A DNA stretch of 64,000 nucleotides from Geosiphon pyriformis uo1. Its lineage: Eukaryota; Fungi; Glomeromycota. A program made the position numbers and the translations under genes. Within the stretch, counting starts at the first letter, position 1. Each line of letters starts with the position of its first letter. The notes below the pieces were generated by a model. That model was given only the letters and a program-made list of their open reading frames with translations, did no database searches and had not been told where the DNA came from. This document shows positions 25,611 to 40,020 of the stretch, piece by piece. The stretch is from assembly GCA_016748015.1 (NCBI GenBank), contig JAAOMT010000012.1, forward strand, positions 175,583 through 239,582. The letters run 5' to 3'.

Positions 25611-26801
25611 TATTTTTATTTAAATAAAATTTACTTGTTAAAAAACAAGATTGAATAAAAATTCAAATCTTTAATTGTTATAAAAAACTTTAATATGTTA
25701 AATATGTTAATGGTTTTTCTGTTTGCTATATATTAACATTAAAAAATAATTAAAAAGAGCATAATTATAAAAAAAATTACATATTAAAAAAACTATTTAT
25801 AACTTTCAAACTATTTAAAATAATTACCAAAAGAATAATTAAAATTACTTTTAAATTTAAAATAGTATATTTTCTATCTTAAAATCTTTTTTATATAATT
25901 TTTTTCACATTAACACAAATAGTATTTACATTTTTGAAACCATTGTAAATTATAAATTAAGTAGTTATTATGAAGGTTTAGTTAATTATATATATTATTT
26001 TTGGTAAATAAAAACATATAGCCATTTTGGTTATAATAAATATATTCTTTTAATAAATTAATCAGTATACCAAGTTTTAATCAATATATAAAACATTACA
26101 GAAAAATTTTTTTATATTTAAAACAATATGTAGTCTATACAGTTTAATAAAAATGTTGTTTTCAATTTAAAAATAAAACATATTTTGAAAATAAATCTTA
26201 TTAATTATAATTACTATTATTATTATTATTATTTTAACTAAAGTAAATTATTAGTAACATTATTAATTTCTAATATAATTTCTTCTTTTTGTTTTAACTT
26301 AAGAAAAATAATATTATAAACAATATTATAGTTATAAAATTGCATTAAATTAATATTTGGATAAGTTTAAATATGTTTTATACACACATATTTAAAACAA
26401 AATACACAAATACTTTAAATACAAATTTATAAAATAAAGCAATTTGGATTTCTTAAATAAATTCAATATAAAACAATTTAACTTCAAAATAAATTTTTAT
26501 ATTAAATTACTTAAAATTATTGTTAACTGTAAACAAAATAACTGGCAAAAAAAAACAGGTCTGTTATTTGATAAATATAAAAAAACAAATAAAATCTTTT
26601 GGTTAGAAATTAGTAATATAATAAAAATTAATGTTAAAGATTTTTTACTAATTTATAAAATATTTTATTAATCTAATAAAATAAAAAATCTGATATTTAA
26701 TATGTATTAAAAATATATTAGCTAGAAAATATTTCTAATTTTTTGTATTTTTTTTCAGAATTCTTAATCTAATTAACAATTTAAAAATGATAAAAAAAAA
26801 A

Positions 26802-29040
26802 CTCTTTGTCTCCTTAATTTTATAACCACAACCAGAGCAAAGAGTAAAAAAGCTGCACCTAATATCTGTCCTAAGATATCTAATAAAATTTCAACCAGAG
26901 AAGCTCTCTCTGTTGTAAAGGCACCTAGACAGAACGTTTTAGAAGCCTTCCCTTTACCCAGTAATCATGATAAGCTGTTTTTGGTGGCCACTGAAGCAAT
27001 TTCCTTATCTTTGGCTGGTTTCTCACCAGTCAAAGTTCCCTCAAAGAGACACACTTGGATTAGTCCCAGTGTTGCCTTCACCCCAACTAAGAGCCCAAAA
27101 GTTTTTAATAATAGACCAGTTAATAAGCTGGTCTTCCCCTCCATAGCTTTTCCATTTAGTACTGCTAGCACTTTCTCTTCAAAAAAATAGTCAAAAAGAC
27201 CAAAAGTTCAGAAAAGTGGGAGCAGTTGCTTGCTTTTGCTATTGTTACACCGAACCCATTTGTGGTTCTCAATAAGATCTTAGATAAAATCTCTATAGCA
27301 TCATCTGGCATGTCATTCAAGATGGGCCAAGATCAATCACTGGCTGTATTGCCAAATGTGGAGTCTTTCGGCAGATTATTGCCAGTTTTAAAAGCAAAAC
27401 AATCTCCTTCTGTTGGGTCACCTGTTCTTGAGAATTGGGCTGATTAAATGGAAACTGAATCTAGTTTCTGGTGCTACTTCTGGTGGTGCTTAAGCAACTA
27501 TTACTAGTTATCAAAAGTTTGCTGAATGGGTGGCCTCTATTCTGGTGCTTGATGCTACTTTTAAGATCCAATTGGCTTATATTAAGGCTGTTTTTCAGTT
27601 AGTACATGGTTTTTTGGGTGTAAAGTCAGTATTAAAAGACAATGTGAAGCTGTTTTGTGTGGAGTTTGCTTCTCAAGTGTCTTTAAAAGCTGTATTTTTA
27701 GTTGAGCTTACAAGCTCTGTATAATTTTTGAGTCTGGTTCCTCTTCTGTTGCTGTTGTGCTGCGTGATGTGCCCTTGGGTGTGTCTGCTGCTAACATTAA
27801 GACAGCTCTTAGTGTGTTTGGTAGTGTTGTTCATGTTGTGCTGAAGCCTGCTGGTGTTTGACAATATGTAGTAGTTTATTTTGAAAAGTTGGATTCTGCC
27901 ATGTCTGCTTTGAATCATTGGTCAGTATTGGTGGACAAGAATAATGTTAGAATTCTTCCCTTGGTGAATCAAAATAAGACTATTTTGTTTTGTAATAGGT
28001 TTAAGGCAAGTTGGTCAACCTTTCTCCTGGCTGTACTGTCTTTAAAATCAATAAAATGATTTCTCAAGTTGGTGGCCAGACTTGTTTTATTCCTTGGTCT
28101 TCTGATTCTGGTCATTATCTTCACTTCACTCTAGTTATGTTTGGCTCCCAAGCTGATTTGAATCTTGCTGTTGCCAAAACTGGTACACTTAGGAAGTGCC
28201 ATATCTGGTGGGAGACTCCTAATTGTTGGCATTGTTTTTGGTGTTAAAAAATAGGTCACTTGGCTGTAGACTATGAAGTTGCTTTATCTCCTTTTTCTAA
28301 GACTTCCAAGGTATTCAAATCATGTTCTGTTGGTTCTTTGTCTTATGCTAAGGCATCTGCTCCCCCTGTTATGTCTGAATTTTCTCCTTTGGTGGTTTTC
28401 ACCCCTTCTGTGGCTATTGTTAATCCTGTTGTTGGGTCCAGATTGGACTCTTTGGAAAAGCAAATTTCGAATTTGGCTGCTTTGGTAAAGTCTATTGTTG
28501 AACCTGTTGGCTCTTTGGTTGTTTTGGTATTTCGTTTCCTTAATGATAATGCTGTTAAAGCTGTTCAGGTTGAGAAAAATTTCTTTTCTATGAAATATGC
28601 TTCTAACAATTTTGCCAATCTTTTGGTTGGTGTGTCTAAGAACATTGCTTGTTTTAGATCTGAAGTTGACTTTGGTGGCATGGATTATGATAATATGCAG
28701 ACCACCAAACTTTCTCTCTTAAGTAAGGACACTGTTGAATGTGTTATAGCTTTGTGGCAGATGTCAGGTGCTGAGATTAAGAGTTGTGTTAAATCTACTA
28801 GATTATTTCTTAGTGAGTTTATTTTTGATTCTAGGAATCTGAATGGTGTTATTGAAAAAATTTGTGAGTTGGGATTATTCTCACCTCCTATTGTTTCAGC
28901 TTAGTTAGTGTTTTGACTGACTCGGGTGGTTTGTCACATGTAGAAAATGCGTGATTCACATCTAATTTGTAATCCCTTAGTGACACATAGTATTAAATAG
29001 CATTTGGACACACTTTGTTAAAACGTAAATAATAAAAAAA
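26802..29040 (+). mobile_element. ORF1-only non-autonomous LINE derivative (half-LINE), copy 1
   Basis: Single decayed ORF 26822(ATG>ATA)-28904 with RRM-like segments, a CCHC knuckle (CFWC*KIGHLAVD) and a coiled coil (RLDSLEKQISNLAALV); short 3' UTR then poly-A; no ORF2. Confidence 0.85.
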
Positions 29041-29459
29041 CCAATTTATTAAAAATTAAAAAATAAAGTATAAATCAAGCAAAATAAATAGCAGATTTTT
29101 AATTAATATTCACAAATTAATATTGAATAAAAGTAAAATTAAGTCTATTAAACATAAAATTGTTATTGTTAACTTTTTAAAAAATTATTAAAATTATTAA
29201 AACAAATTATTTTCTATTATAATATTTAAGATAATAAGTTTAATAAAAAAAAATCCCAAAAAAGTATTGTAAAAAAACTAAATATACTATATTGTTATCA
29301 TGTTTAGTATTAATTAAATTAAAAAAAAACATATTTGTAAATAAAAAACAACTTTTTTTAAATAATAACATTATAATAGTTAATAATATAAATAAACTAT
29401 AATTTAAAAGTAAAAATTTAACAAATAATTTTAAGATAAAAAAGACCAATATGTTTTAA

Positions 29460-30073
29460 TTTTTTTTATATTAATATTTTACAAGTAAAATCCAAATTTT
29501 ATTTAACATAATATATTAAATTAAGTAATTTAAACTAGACACAAATTATATACTTTTTATATATAACTAATTACTTAAGCCAATTAGAACAACACTATAA
29601 ATTTATTTTAACAGAAATCATATAATTAACACCAAAAAAAATTGCATAGTCTATAAAAACTGAAACTAATATTATGTGTTTTTGCAATTTCAAGCAATCT
29701 AATAATATTATTAGAGAACAACAATAATAAATCATGAACCACTAAAAGCATAAAACTATGCTGCACAATTAAACCAGTTTTTTTTATTAATACTCTATAT
29801 TTAGATCTTACCAACCATATCTTAACACAATAAGCCATTTCTAAGTTTTATACCAAATTAATAATTTTTTGGTCAACAATCTTGAAACAGCTAAAAACAA
29901 ATACAGTTTTTAAAACTCTTGTACACAACAATATATAAAACATTGTTAAATACATATAAAAAGAGCATTTATAAGATACAAAATAATAACAAGTCCAAAT
30001 CTGATATAGAACCCAACAAAGTCAAATATTTATTAAGCAAATTCTTGTAAATAGCAAAATTTATTTTGCATAT
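29460..30073 (-). mobile_element. LINE 3' end (ORF2 C-terminus + tail)
   Basis: ORF 29626..29838 MAYCVKIWLVRSKYRVLIKKTGLI is homologous to 9247-9602; same 3' tail and A-run. Confidence 0.7.
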
Positions 30074-33000
30074 TATTACAAATGATTATTTGGATGGGTA
30101 AAATAAATAACAAACTTGTAACTTGGTGTTTAATTAATATAATGGTGTTGATTTTTAAAGGTTTTGGTAATCTGAAAGTTTTAGTTTGAGTTTTTTGTAT
30201 AATAAACAGAGATTCAAGTGTTATTTTATTTATAGCTTTTCAGAATTGCAATTTCATCAAATTTTTTTCTCAGCATAGTGGCCAGTAATTTTTTTGGTAA
30301 GCTATTTTTAATTCTATGAATGTTTTATTCTTGTTTCACAGGTCTTTTACCAGTTCCTTTGACATAAGTTACTTTATGTGTTAATTTTTAATCAATTAGT
30401 AAATAATAAACAAAACAAAAGAACAGAAAAAAAAATAAAAAAATAAGCCAAAACAAAAAAGAGTTAGTATTCTGTTAATAGCAATAATTAAGAGCTATTA
30501 GTCTAATGTAGTTAAGTATTAGTTGTTATTAACATGGAGTATTGATAATGAAAGATTGATCAAGATTCTCAAATAGTTAGTAAGAACATAAATTGAATAA
30601 AATAATAAGTATTTTTATTAATATTTAATGATTTTACTTTGGTTAATAGTAACTATCCTTGAAGTAATTTATTTTAATAAATAAGAAAGAGATTTTCCAA
30701 GTCAATTCAATATTTTTCTTGTTTCTATTACTACTGCTATATATATATAATTTGGATTATATAATATCACACATATTTTTGAACAATATTTCATAATTTT
30801 TTAAGCAATACTCATATTGTTAAACAATGTATTATGATTTCTAACAATGCTCTATATTGCTGAGCAATGTGCTATAATTTTTTAACAATGTTCCACATTG
30901 CTGAACAATGTGTTTATATGCTAAATACTATTCTTTTATTGGTCTATTTTTTTATCTGTTTTCTTTACTACTTTTTTTGTACTCTTTTTTTATGAGTAAT
31001 ATTATCTTTTTCTTTAATATTAAGCTCTGTTAAAATCTTTGTTTTGAATTAATTCCATTATTTTTTTTTCTAAGACTGTTTGTTCAACTCTGGTTTTTAT
31101 GTTTTCCACTTGTGAGTTGTTTATTCTTCTTTATTGGTTAATGGTTATTGTTTCCATTTTTGAGTGTAGTAGTATTTCTGAATAATTCTGAAATATAGTA
31201 TATAGTCAATAAATTGTTCTAACATGTAGTGTTGAATTTGTCTTCTTTCTAATAAAGTTTTTAATTTGTTGTATTATTTCTTGATTGAATATTCTTCTAA
31301 ATTTGTTAATATATAATTTTTGAATATTCAGTTTTTGTCTCAACTAATAGTAACAGTATAATATTGAAAGTTGTTTTGTCTATTGGTTCCAATTTTTTTT
31401 GTTAGTTCTACTATTGAAACCATGATAGATATTTTCTTAAACATACTCTTTACTTTTTCTATTATTTTATTTGACTAGTGTCTTATTTAGTTTTATGGTT
31501 GTTAGTATGATATGGTTCTTTTTTTTCTGTTTCTTTGAGTATTCTAGTAATAAATAGCCTGGTGATTAATAACAATTTCCATTTCTAATTATTGTTAATT
31601 CAAGGCTTAGAGTAATTGTTAAGCTATTGTGTAGATATAATCTAGTATTTCTATTTTTTATCATTGCTTTTGTTGCATATACTATGTTTTTATATTATTC
31701 TGTTTAATTAATTTGATGTATTGTATTAATAATTATAATTGGTTCTAAATCTTGTGAAATCTCATTTGGTTGGACTAGTATTTATTGTACTTCTAGTTGT
31801 AGAATATTATTGATAAATAATGATGTTGTGTTGTGATATGGTTTCAGTTAATCTTTATATGCTACTTTAGCTAAAATTTTGTTGTCACATCTTAGTTTAT
31901 AAGCTCTATTTTTTAGAATTTCTTTAATGTAGAATGATTCATTTTATTTGAAGTTAATTTTTCACTCTATTGTTTTTCTGTTTTGGTATAATATAAGAGT
32001 ATTTTGTCTCCAATCTTGAATTCAATTGGTTTGTCTGATAGTTGGTTATCATGTTGTTTTTTTTGCTTTTTTTGTAACTTTTATATATTGTCAGCTGTTT
32101 TCTGTCTTTTGTTTTTTAGAGTTTCTATTAAGTCATATGTTTTTTTTAACAATATTTCTTGAAAGTTGCTTTCTGTTATTGGTTTAGTTAGATACATATT
32201 GACTTTTATCTCAACTGGTAATGTTGCTGTTTTACTATAAACAAGTTCAAATAATGTTGCTTGTATGATATCTTGTTTCATTATCTAATAAGCAAATAAT
32301 ACTGATAGTATAAACAAATCTCATTTGTCCTGGTTTTTTTAATTGATTTTGGTAATTGCTTTATACAATGTTCTGTTAAATCTTTCAACTAAACTGTTTG
32401 TTTATAGATAATATAATAATGATAAAAGTCTCTTAATTCTAAATCTTTAACTTAATTTTGTTAAGATTCTGTTTACAAAATAAGTTCTTTAATCTAATAA
32501 CAATTCTTTTAGACATCCATGTTGACAAATCAAATTTTAATGAACAAATTTGGCTACAGATTTTGCATCTGCTTTTTGAATTGCCTTTGCTTTTGGTCAT
32601 TTAATGAAATAGTCTATGACTACTTCTATATATTTGTTGTCTTTGCTAGTAATTGTTAATAGTCCAACTAAATCAATTTCAATTTAATCAAATGGTTGTT
32701 CTATTTTAATTGGTCTTAACAGTTTACTGGGTTTTGTTTCTTCTCTTTTCTGACAAGCATTACAATTTTGAACATATTAGATGATATCTGAATACATAAA
32801 TGACCAATAATATCTTTTCCTGGTTCTTTCTATAGTTGCTTCTTTATAGAAATGTCCTGCTGTTAAATTTAAATGCATGTTGAATAGTATTGTTTTTTTT
32901 TCTAGTTCTGTGATTACTCTGAATAATTGCTCTGGATCTTTTTTGTTTTTCTAATATAATATATTTTGATGAACAATAAAATATTTTAATTGTTGTTTTA

Positions 33001-36000
33001 TGTTGTTTTATTCCTTTTAAAATAATTTCTTTTTAAACTATTGGGTATTAATATAATATTAGAGTTATAGATATTTTTGTGTGTTCATCTTTTGTTATAT
33101 TTTTGGGTTGAAATGTTCTTAAATTTGTTTCATTTGTGACAAACCATTAGCATTTCCGTTTTTTTTTTCTTTTTTTATAATATACTGTATATTTGAATAA
33201 TGAAAGTTTTATTTTTTATCTTGCATGATAACTGTCTTCAAATTTTTGCTTTTGAATTGATGTTAATCTTTTGTGATCAGTGTATATATCTAATTTCTGG
33301 CTTAAATACTCTTCTATTTAATAACTGCTTAATAGATAACTAAGTATTTTAGTGCTGGTGTTCTATAGTTTTTTTCAGCTGGACTTAAACTTCAACTAAC
33401 ATATACTACTGAATGTTCTTATCCATCTGGTTTTTTTTGATATAGTACTACTTTCAATACTTGACCAGATGTATTAGTGATAATAATAAATGACTTGCTA
33501 TAATCTAGATAAATTAGTATTAATGCTTAGATGAGCTTTCTTTTTAGTATATCAAAAGCTTCTTGCTGAATTTTTGTCTATTCATATTTTATATTCTTGG
33601 TTTGGAGCTGGTAGAATGGTTAAGCCAGTTTAGAGAAATTTTGGATAAAGTAGTAGTAATATTCAGTAAATCTCAAGAATGCTTATAATTCTATCAAATT
33701 TGTTGGTACTGAAAAGTTTTTTATTATTTTGATCTTATCTGGATCTGTTTTGATGTTATCTTTGCTTATAATATGTTCCAAGAATTTCAGTTCTGTTTTG
33801 CCAAAAAAGCATTTGGTGATATTTAATTTTAGTCTTGTTTATCTTAGTCTTTTGAACACTTGCTGTAAATAATGCAAATAATCATCAAATATTTTTGAAA
33901 ACATATTAATGTTATCCAAATACATGACAACTAATTTCCATAATAGTTTGGTGTAAATAATTTCCATTAGTTATTGAAAGATGGCTAAAGCATTGGTTAA
34001 GCCAAATGGCATTACTTTAAACTCAAAGTTTTTCTCTCTGATAGTAAATATGGTCTTCTTTTTGTCAGCTGGATTCATGATTACTTGCTAGTAACTACTA
34101 TCTAAATCCAGTGTTGAGAACCATTTTTTTTTTCCAAAAGCATTGAATAATTCCTGAATTCATAGAATTGAATAGCTATCTCCATAAGTAATACTATTGA
34201 GTTTTTTATAATCTACACAAAAGTGGATTTTTTCATTTTTTTTGCAGATTAGTACTACTAATGATGACTATGAACTTATTGATGATTAAATTAATCTGTT
34301 GTCTAATATCTGGTTGATTTCCTGTTGAATAATTTCATGGCTTGCTGGTGGTATTCTGTATGCTCTTTGTTTAATTGACATTGTATTTCCAGTGTTAAAT
34401 GATGTCAGTTCTGCCAAATTTGTTTTCACTTATAAAGATATTAGTAAAATTGTTAAGTAACATCTTAAGTTGCATCTGTTGAAACAGGTCTAAGTTTTCC
34501 AAGTTCATTTGTTTCAATTGTTCTTGTTGAAGCAAATAATATTTGTTTTGTTTATATATGATATAATATCTATATATCTACATAATTGTGGAAAGTCTGG
34601 AATAAAGTTTGGTAGTTGATTTTCAACTTTGGTGCTTAAGTATCTGATGGTGGTTTTTTTTGGTATTTCAATAGGGTTTTCAGTTGTATTGTAAATGAAA
34701 ATTTTAATGTGATTGTAGTTTTTAGCCAGTATATAGAAATTAGTGATTTTAATTTTTTCTGGTTCACAAATTGTAGCTTTTACTTCAAAAATTTGAGCCT
34801 AATCTTTTACTTTTCTCTCTATATTTAGTATATACTAGTCATATGATGGAATGAAAATTGATTGATGAGTGGAGATAATTTCTCTCTTGTTAATAACTTT
34901 TTCTTCTGCCCTATTAACTAGTATATCTATTCTATTTGTGAATTTGAATTTATTTATTTATTTATTTTTTTTACTAACATTAATTAAGCTATTTTAACCA
35001 GAGACAGAAATATTGCCTGTGTTATCTTTTTATTTAATTCAATAGTATAAGCCTTTTTGAAATTATTTTGTAGTATTGCAATAATATTTCTTATATATTC
35101 TACATCAATTATTTTTCCTCTTATATTAATCCCTTTTTTTGCTAAACTACTTTTAAATATTAGCTTAACCATAGTTGTTACTGGAATTTCCAGTGCTATT
35201 TTTAGATTAATGCAGATGTGTAAATATAGTTCCAATTTAATGGCATTTTTTCCTAAATATTTCAAATTAAACTCTATATTAGTATTATGTGTTTGTTTTG
35301 ACATAATACCTTCATTGTTATCACTAAACCATTTGAGTTTCTGCTCTTTAAAAAAATTAGAAAGTGCAATATATTGTTCTGAGTTTAAATCAGGATTTGA
35401 ATTGTCACTGTTGTCATTGTTATTTTAAATGAAGCTGAAACTATTGTTATTATTATTGTTGTCAGAGTTTGAATCACAATTGAGTGGTAATTCTGATTCT
35501 GTTTCACAACTGCTAATTGGTTCTTTTTTTTCTGAGATTGTGTAGATTATGTGTGATAATAAATTGTAAATAAGGTTACAATTATTACAATATTAAAAGT
35601 TACAGAAAATTAAGCAGTATTAACAAAGTCAAGTATTTAGCTGCTTTAAATGCTGTTTTTGCTCTTATCTAATAAGTGTTAAGTTTTGGTAATGTTTATG
35701 AAATTCTTTTGGGCCTGTTTTAATATTAAGAAATACATCAGGATTGAGAATAAGAATAATGTCAATTGGTTTTGGTAAGTTATTTTTTATTTTAAGAATC
35801 TTATTAGGTGAAGTATTTTCTATTTTGGTATTTGTTATTTGCCAGATTTCATCCTCGTCATGTAGATAATCATCCAAGTAAGAAATTGCTTAATGCCAGA
35901 CTGCATTAATAGATGTTTTACAACTTATCTAGTTACTTATGAAGATTATATACTGGCATAAAGCATCACATATTCTTCCTTATCTAGGAATGTTATTCCA

Positions 36001-39000
36001 CATTCCTTTATCAAGTAACTGTTTTCCACAAGCAAGACATGATTTGTTGTCTTATTTGTTTTGTCTTTTTGGGCAGCCATAGTGTTTTCTATGACATAGT
36101 TTGCAGTAATAATGAGTTCTGGTCCAGTGATCTTTGTCAGATAAAATTCAGGCTTCTATAGAGAACAGTTTTTTTTTGCAGTTTTTGTATCTAAGCAGAA
36201 TATATAGTGGTTTGGATTTGGTATTAGTTGAATAAAATTTTTTCCAGTTATTAATAGTTTTAGTAAAAGTATTGTTTTCTTGTAACTTATCTTTTTTTTT
36301 CTTTTCCCTTGTTGTTTCACAAGAGTATTAGTGGTAGTTCATTGTAGTTGATATCAGCCTATGAGACTTGGTAGGCTTCTCAGATAGGTTTTTTTTTTCT
36401 TCCTCAAATTCAATAAGTAGTGTCAGTATAATGGTTTTGAAGTAGTTGTAAGTAACTAATACTCAAATATATTGGCTGTTTTGGCTGAGTTGTAATTCTT
36501 GGGTGGTCTAATTGAATACTGTATTGGTTTTGGTCAGCCAATTGTTACCCAACTAAGGCTTAGTACTGGATGGCTTCTATAACTAATATTTTGATAAGAG
36601 TGGTGATGCCATTGACTTTAAACAGAAAGTTATTAATCTTACCAATTGGAGTTTTTGTGGCTTCATCAATGGTAATAATTCTGGTGTTGACAACATAATT
36701 AACTCAATAACCTAATTGGTCCATAAGTTGTTATGTGATGATGCTGTCTGTTGAATCACTATTAAGAATTAGTCTAATAGAATGGCCATCAACTTTGATA
36801 TTAATATATATTACCATAATAAGTTTGGTATTAAGGATAGCTTTATTAAAAAGAGGCATTATGATGGATTCTTCAATTTCAAATAGAAAGATAGCAGCTA
36901 ATGATTTGTTGTTGGTAATGGTTGCTAAAAGTATGTTGTAATTAATTGTTTGCTTCGGATTGAGTTCTAGGTTATTGGATAAAATGTCTTTTGGAATAAC
37001 CAGAAAACTTAAATAATTCTGGGAACTTGAATTTTGAGAGTACTCTGTTTTTGAACTTCACAAACGTGATTCTAATGACTGTTGTAATGAGCTGGAAATC
37101 AGTTAATGTATTATCATTATCAATTGCCAGTTTTGTTAAATGTAGATGATTCTCAGTCTTGGATTACTAAATATTTAAGCTGAGTTTTGTGGCAGTGTTT
37201 AAATTGTGATTAACTGATAAATTATTGGTAACTGTTAAAATTAATAGATAACTGGTGCTGAAGTTTGATATATTGGTGGTACATATATCTACTGCTGTAT
37301 TATTGATAGATAATTTGGTTGATAAGATTCTTAATTTGGATAATAATTCAGAGTTTGAATCCAGCAATTAGAGTTTTGATATTGATTTTCTGATTGTTAA
37401 TTATTTAATTTCAATCAGCAGTCTGTTTTTAAGTATTTTTGTTTATCACAGTAGTGGCAGACATATTTTTTACTCTCACTATTGATTTGATAAGAATAAA
37501 CATGACTGATTTTCGAATTAATTAGAGCTTTCTTGATTATTGTACCATTGTGAAAGTTAATAAATGGCCTGATTGTTAGCTAAATATCCTTCCAATTTTT
37601 GATTAATTGAGTTACTGAATTGTTTTAACTTTGAGTCTAAGTCAGATAATTTATTCATCACTAAATTTACAGCTTAGACATAATTAATTTCTAATTTAGT
37701 TGATTCAAAGTTTCTAATATAGATAACTACAGCTTAAAGATTGGCTAGATGTAATAGGCATATGTGTTATAGAATACTACTACATAATTCACAAATAAAC
37801 TAATTCAAGATTTGTGTTACTGTAAAATAATCAGCATTAATGACTTGAATTTGGTGCAGATTGTAATAAAAGCATTCCAAGTATGTAGTAATGCTTTTAG
37901 TTTCTCCTTGTTTAATAATGATAAAAATATTTGTCAATTAATTGATATTGTTATTATTACTAAAATACCTTAAAAATTCAATCTTGAAATTGTTGAAAGT
38001 TTGGGGTTTCTGTGCCAAGCTTTAATATCATGAGTTAGTAGTATCTTGTAAAAAATATAAGATTACTTAAAAAGTTCTGGCATTGTTCCAATTATTAGCC
38101 ATGATTGTTTTGACAATATTGTTTAACCAAGCTTGTGCATTGTCTTTTTTGCCAGTAAACTTTTTTAATTTGACAATTGGTGCATATACTATTGGTGCTA
38201 ATAGTAGTTGTTGTGGTTGCTGTTGAAGTTGTTGCTAAAGTAGTGGTTGTGGTTATTGTTGTTGTTTAGCAATCAGAACAACTGGTTAGTTTATTATGAT
38301 TACTGGAGGTAAGTTTTGGGGAACAATAAGAGTAGAGTTTGAATTTTTTTGGTTTTGTTGGATTTAAACAATTAGAGTTTGAATTTCCAGATTTTCTGAG
38401 ACCAGGTTTTGGATATTTTCTGATTGCTATCTTCTTTTTTTTCAGAGTTTGTTATTTTCCAAGAACTGGTAACTCCAAAATCTGAAAGTAGTAGTGATAA
38501 TTAAAGTTCTAATGACATTATTAATCATGAATTAAATCCTTCAAAATAATTACTGTAGGTTCTCTATAGTTTAGCTTTTTTCTGTTTATTTTGAAATAGA
38601 ATTCTGGCTAATGGTGTTTTTGCATTTGCTGTAGATGCATCTACTGATATTATGTTGATGATACTTTCAGTATGTAATGATATAATAAATATATTGGTGA
38701 TTTGACTTTTGGTTTCTTCCAAGTGGATGGTTGTATCTGCTTTAGAGTTCCTGTTGGTGTTTGCCATCTTTCTTTTTTTTTGTCAGCAAAAATGATAGGA
38801 AATTTTTGTTTAGTATATTTTTCAATTTCTCTGTTTATTTCCATAATTAGGGGCATAAATAGATAGTTTTGTGGAAGTATAATGTGCTAAAGTAGTTCAC
38901 TAAAAAAATTGTTAAAAGCAAATTCTAAATCTTCTTAATCTTTCAAGTAGTATATGATTTTTTTGTTGACATAACAATTGAAAACTGATTCTGTTGGCCA

Positions 39001-40020
39001 ATTATTACTTATTAGTCTAAGATAAATGTGATAGTAGTGAAATAAAGATTTTGTGAATTCCAAGTGGTTGGTTTCTGTTACTTCTAATTCTGCCACTGTT
39101 ACAAATAGTTGCTGTTGGTGCTGGTTTTTTGCTAAATTATACCTCATAGAGAGCACCAAATATTATAGGTGCTTATTTGGGTCAGAAATAACAAACTTAT
39201 AACTTGGTGCTCAATTAATATAATAATATTGGTTTTTAAAGATTTTGGTAATCTGAAAGTTTTGGTTTGAGTTCTTTGTATAATAGACAGAGATTTAAGT
39301 ATTATTTTATCTGTAGCTTTCTAAAATTGCAATTTTATTGAATTTTTTTCTCAGCATAGTAGCTGGTAATCCTTTTAGTAAGCTATCTTCAATTTATGAA
39401 TGTTCTATTCTTGTTTTATGAATCTTTTACCAGTTTTTTTAACATCAGTAATTCTGTGTATTAATTTTTAATCAATTAATAAATAATAAACAAAACAAAA
39501 AAATAAAAAAAAATAAAAAGATAAGTTAAGACAAGAAAGAGTTAGTATCTTATTAATAGCCATAATTAAGAACTATTGGTTTAATGTAATCAAATATTGA
39601 TTGTTATTAACATAGGATGTTAATAATAAAAGATTAGTCAAGATTCTCAAATAATTAGCAAGAACATAAATTAAATAAAATAATGAGTATTTTTATTAAT
39701 ATTTGATAATTTTACTTTGATTAATAATAACTATTCTTAAAGTAATTTATTTTAATAAATGAGAAAGGAATTTTTCAAGTCAATTTAATACTTTTTTTGC
39801 TTTTACTACTACTGCTATATATACATAATTTGGTTTATATAATATTGTACACATTTTTGAGCAATATTTCATAATTTTTTAAACAATGTGCCATAATTTT
39901 TTGACAATACTTTATATTGCTAAGCAATATGTTTATGTGCTAAATACTATTTTTTTATTGGTTTATTTTTTTATCTGCTTTTTTTATTACTTTTCTTGTA
40001 TTTTTTTTCTATAAGTAATA
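30074..40020 (-). mobile_element. Full-length Ty3/Gypsy element C (LTRs 39161-40020 and 30074-31001), heavily mutated
   Basis: PBS (reverse complement of GAGCACCAAA, 39151-39160), gag, PR (~36500-36800), dUTPase (ORF 34984..35304), RT/RH (~33130-34310), IN (~31850-33088), extra ORF (~31022-31730), PPT at 31002-31016. No matching TSD. Confidence 0.93.

Noticed and set aside
25095-26801. Arm of a true 42-kb inverted duplication matching 57685-58448
   Set aside because: Spacer sequences and junctions show no similarity beyond AT-richness.
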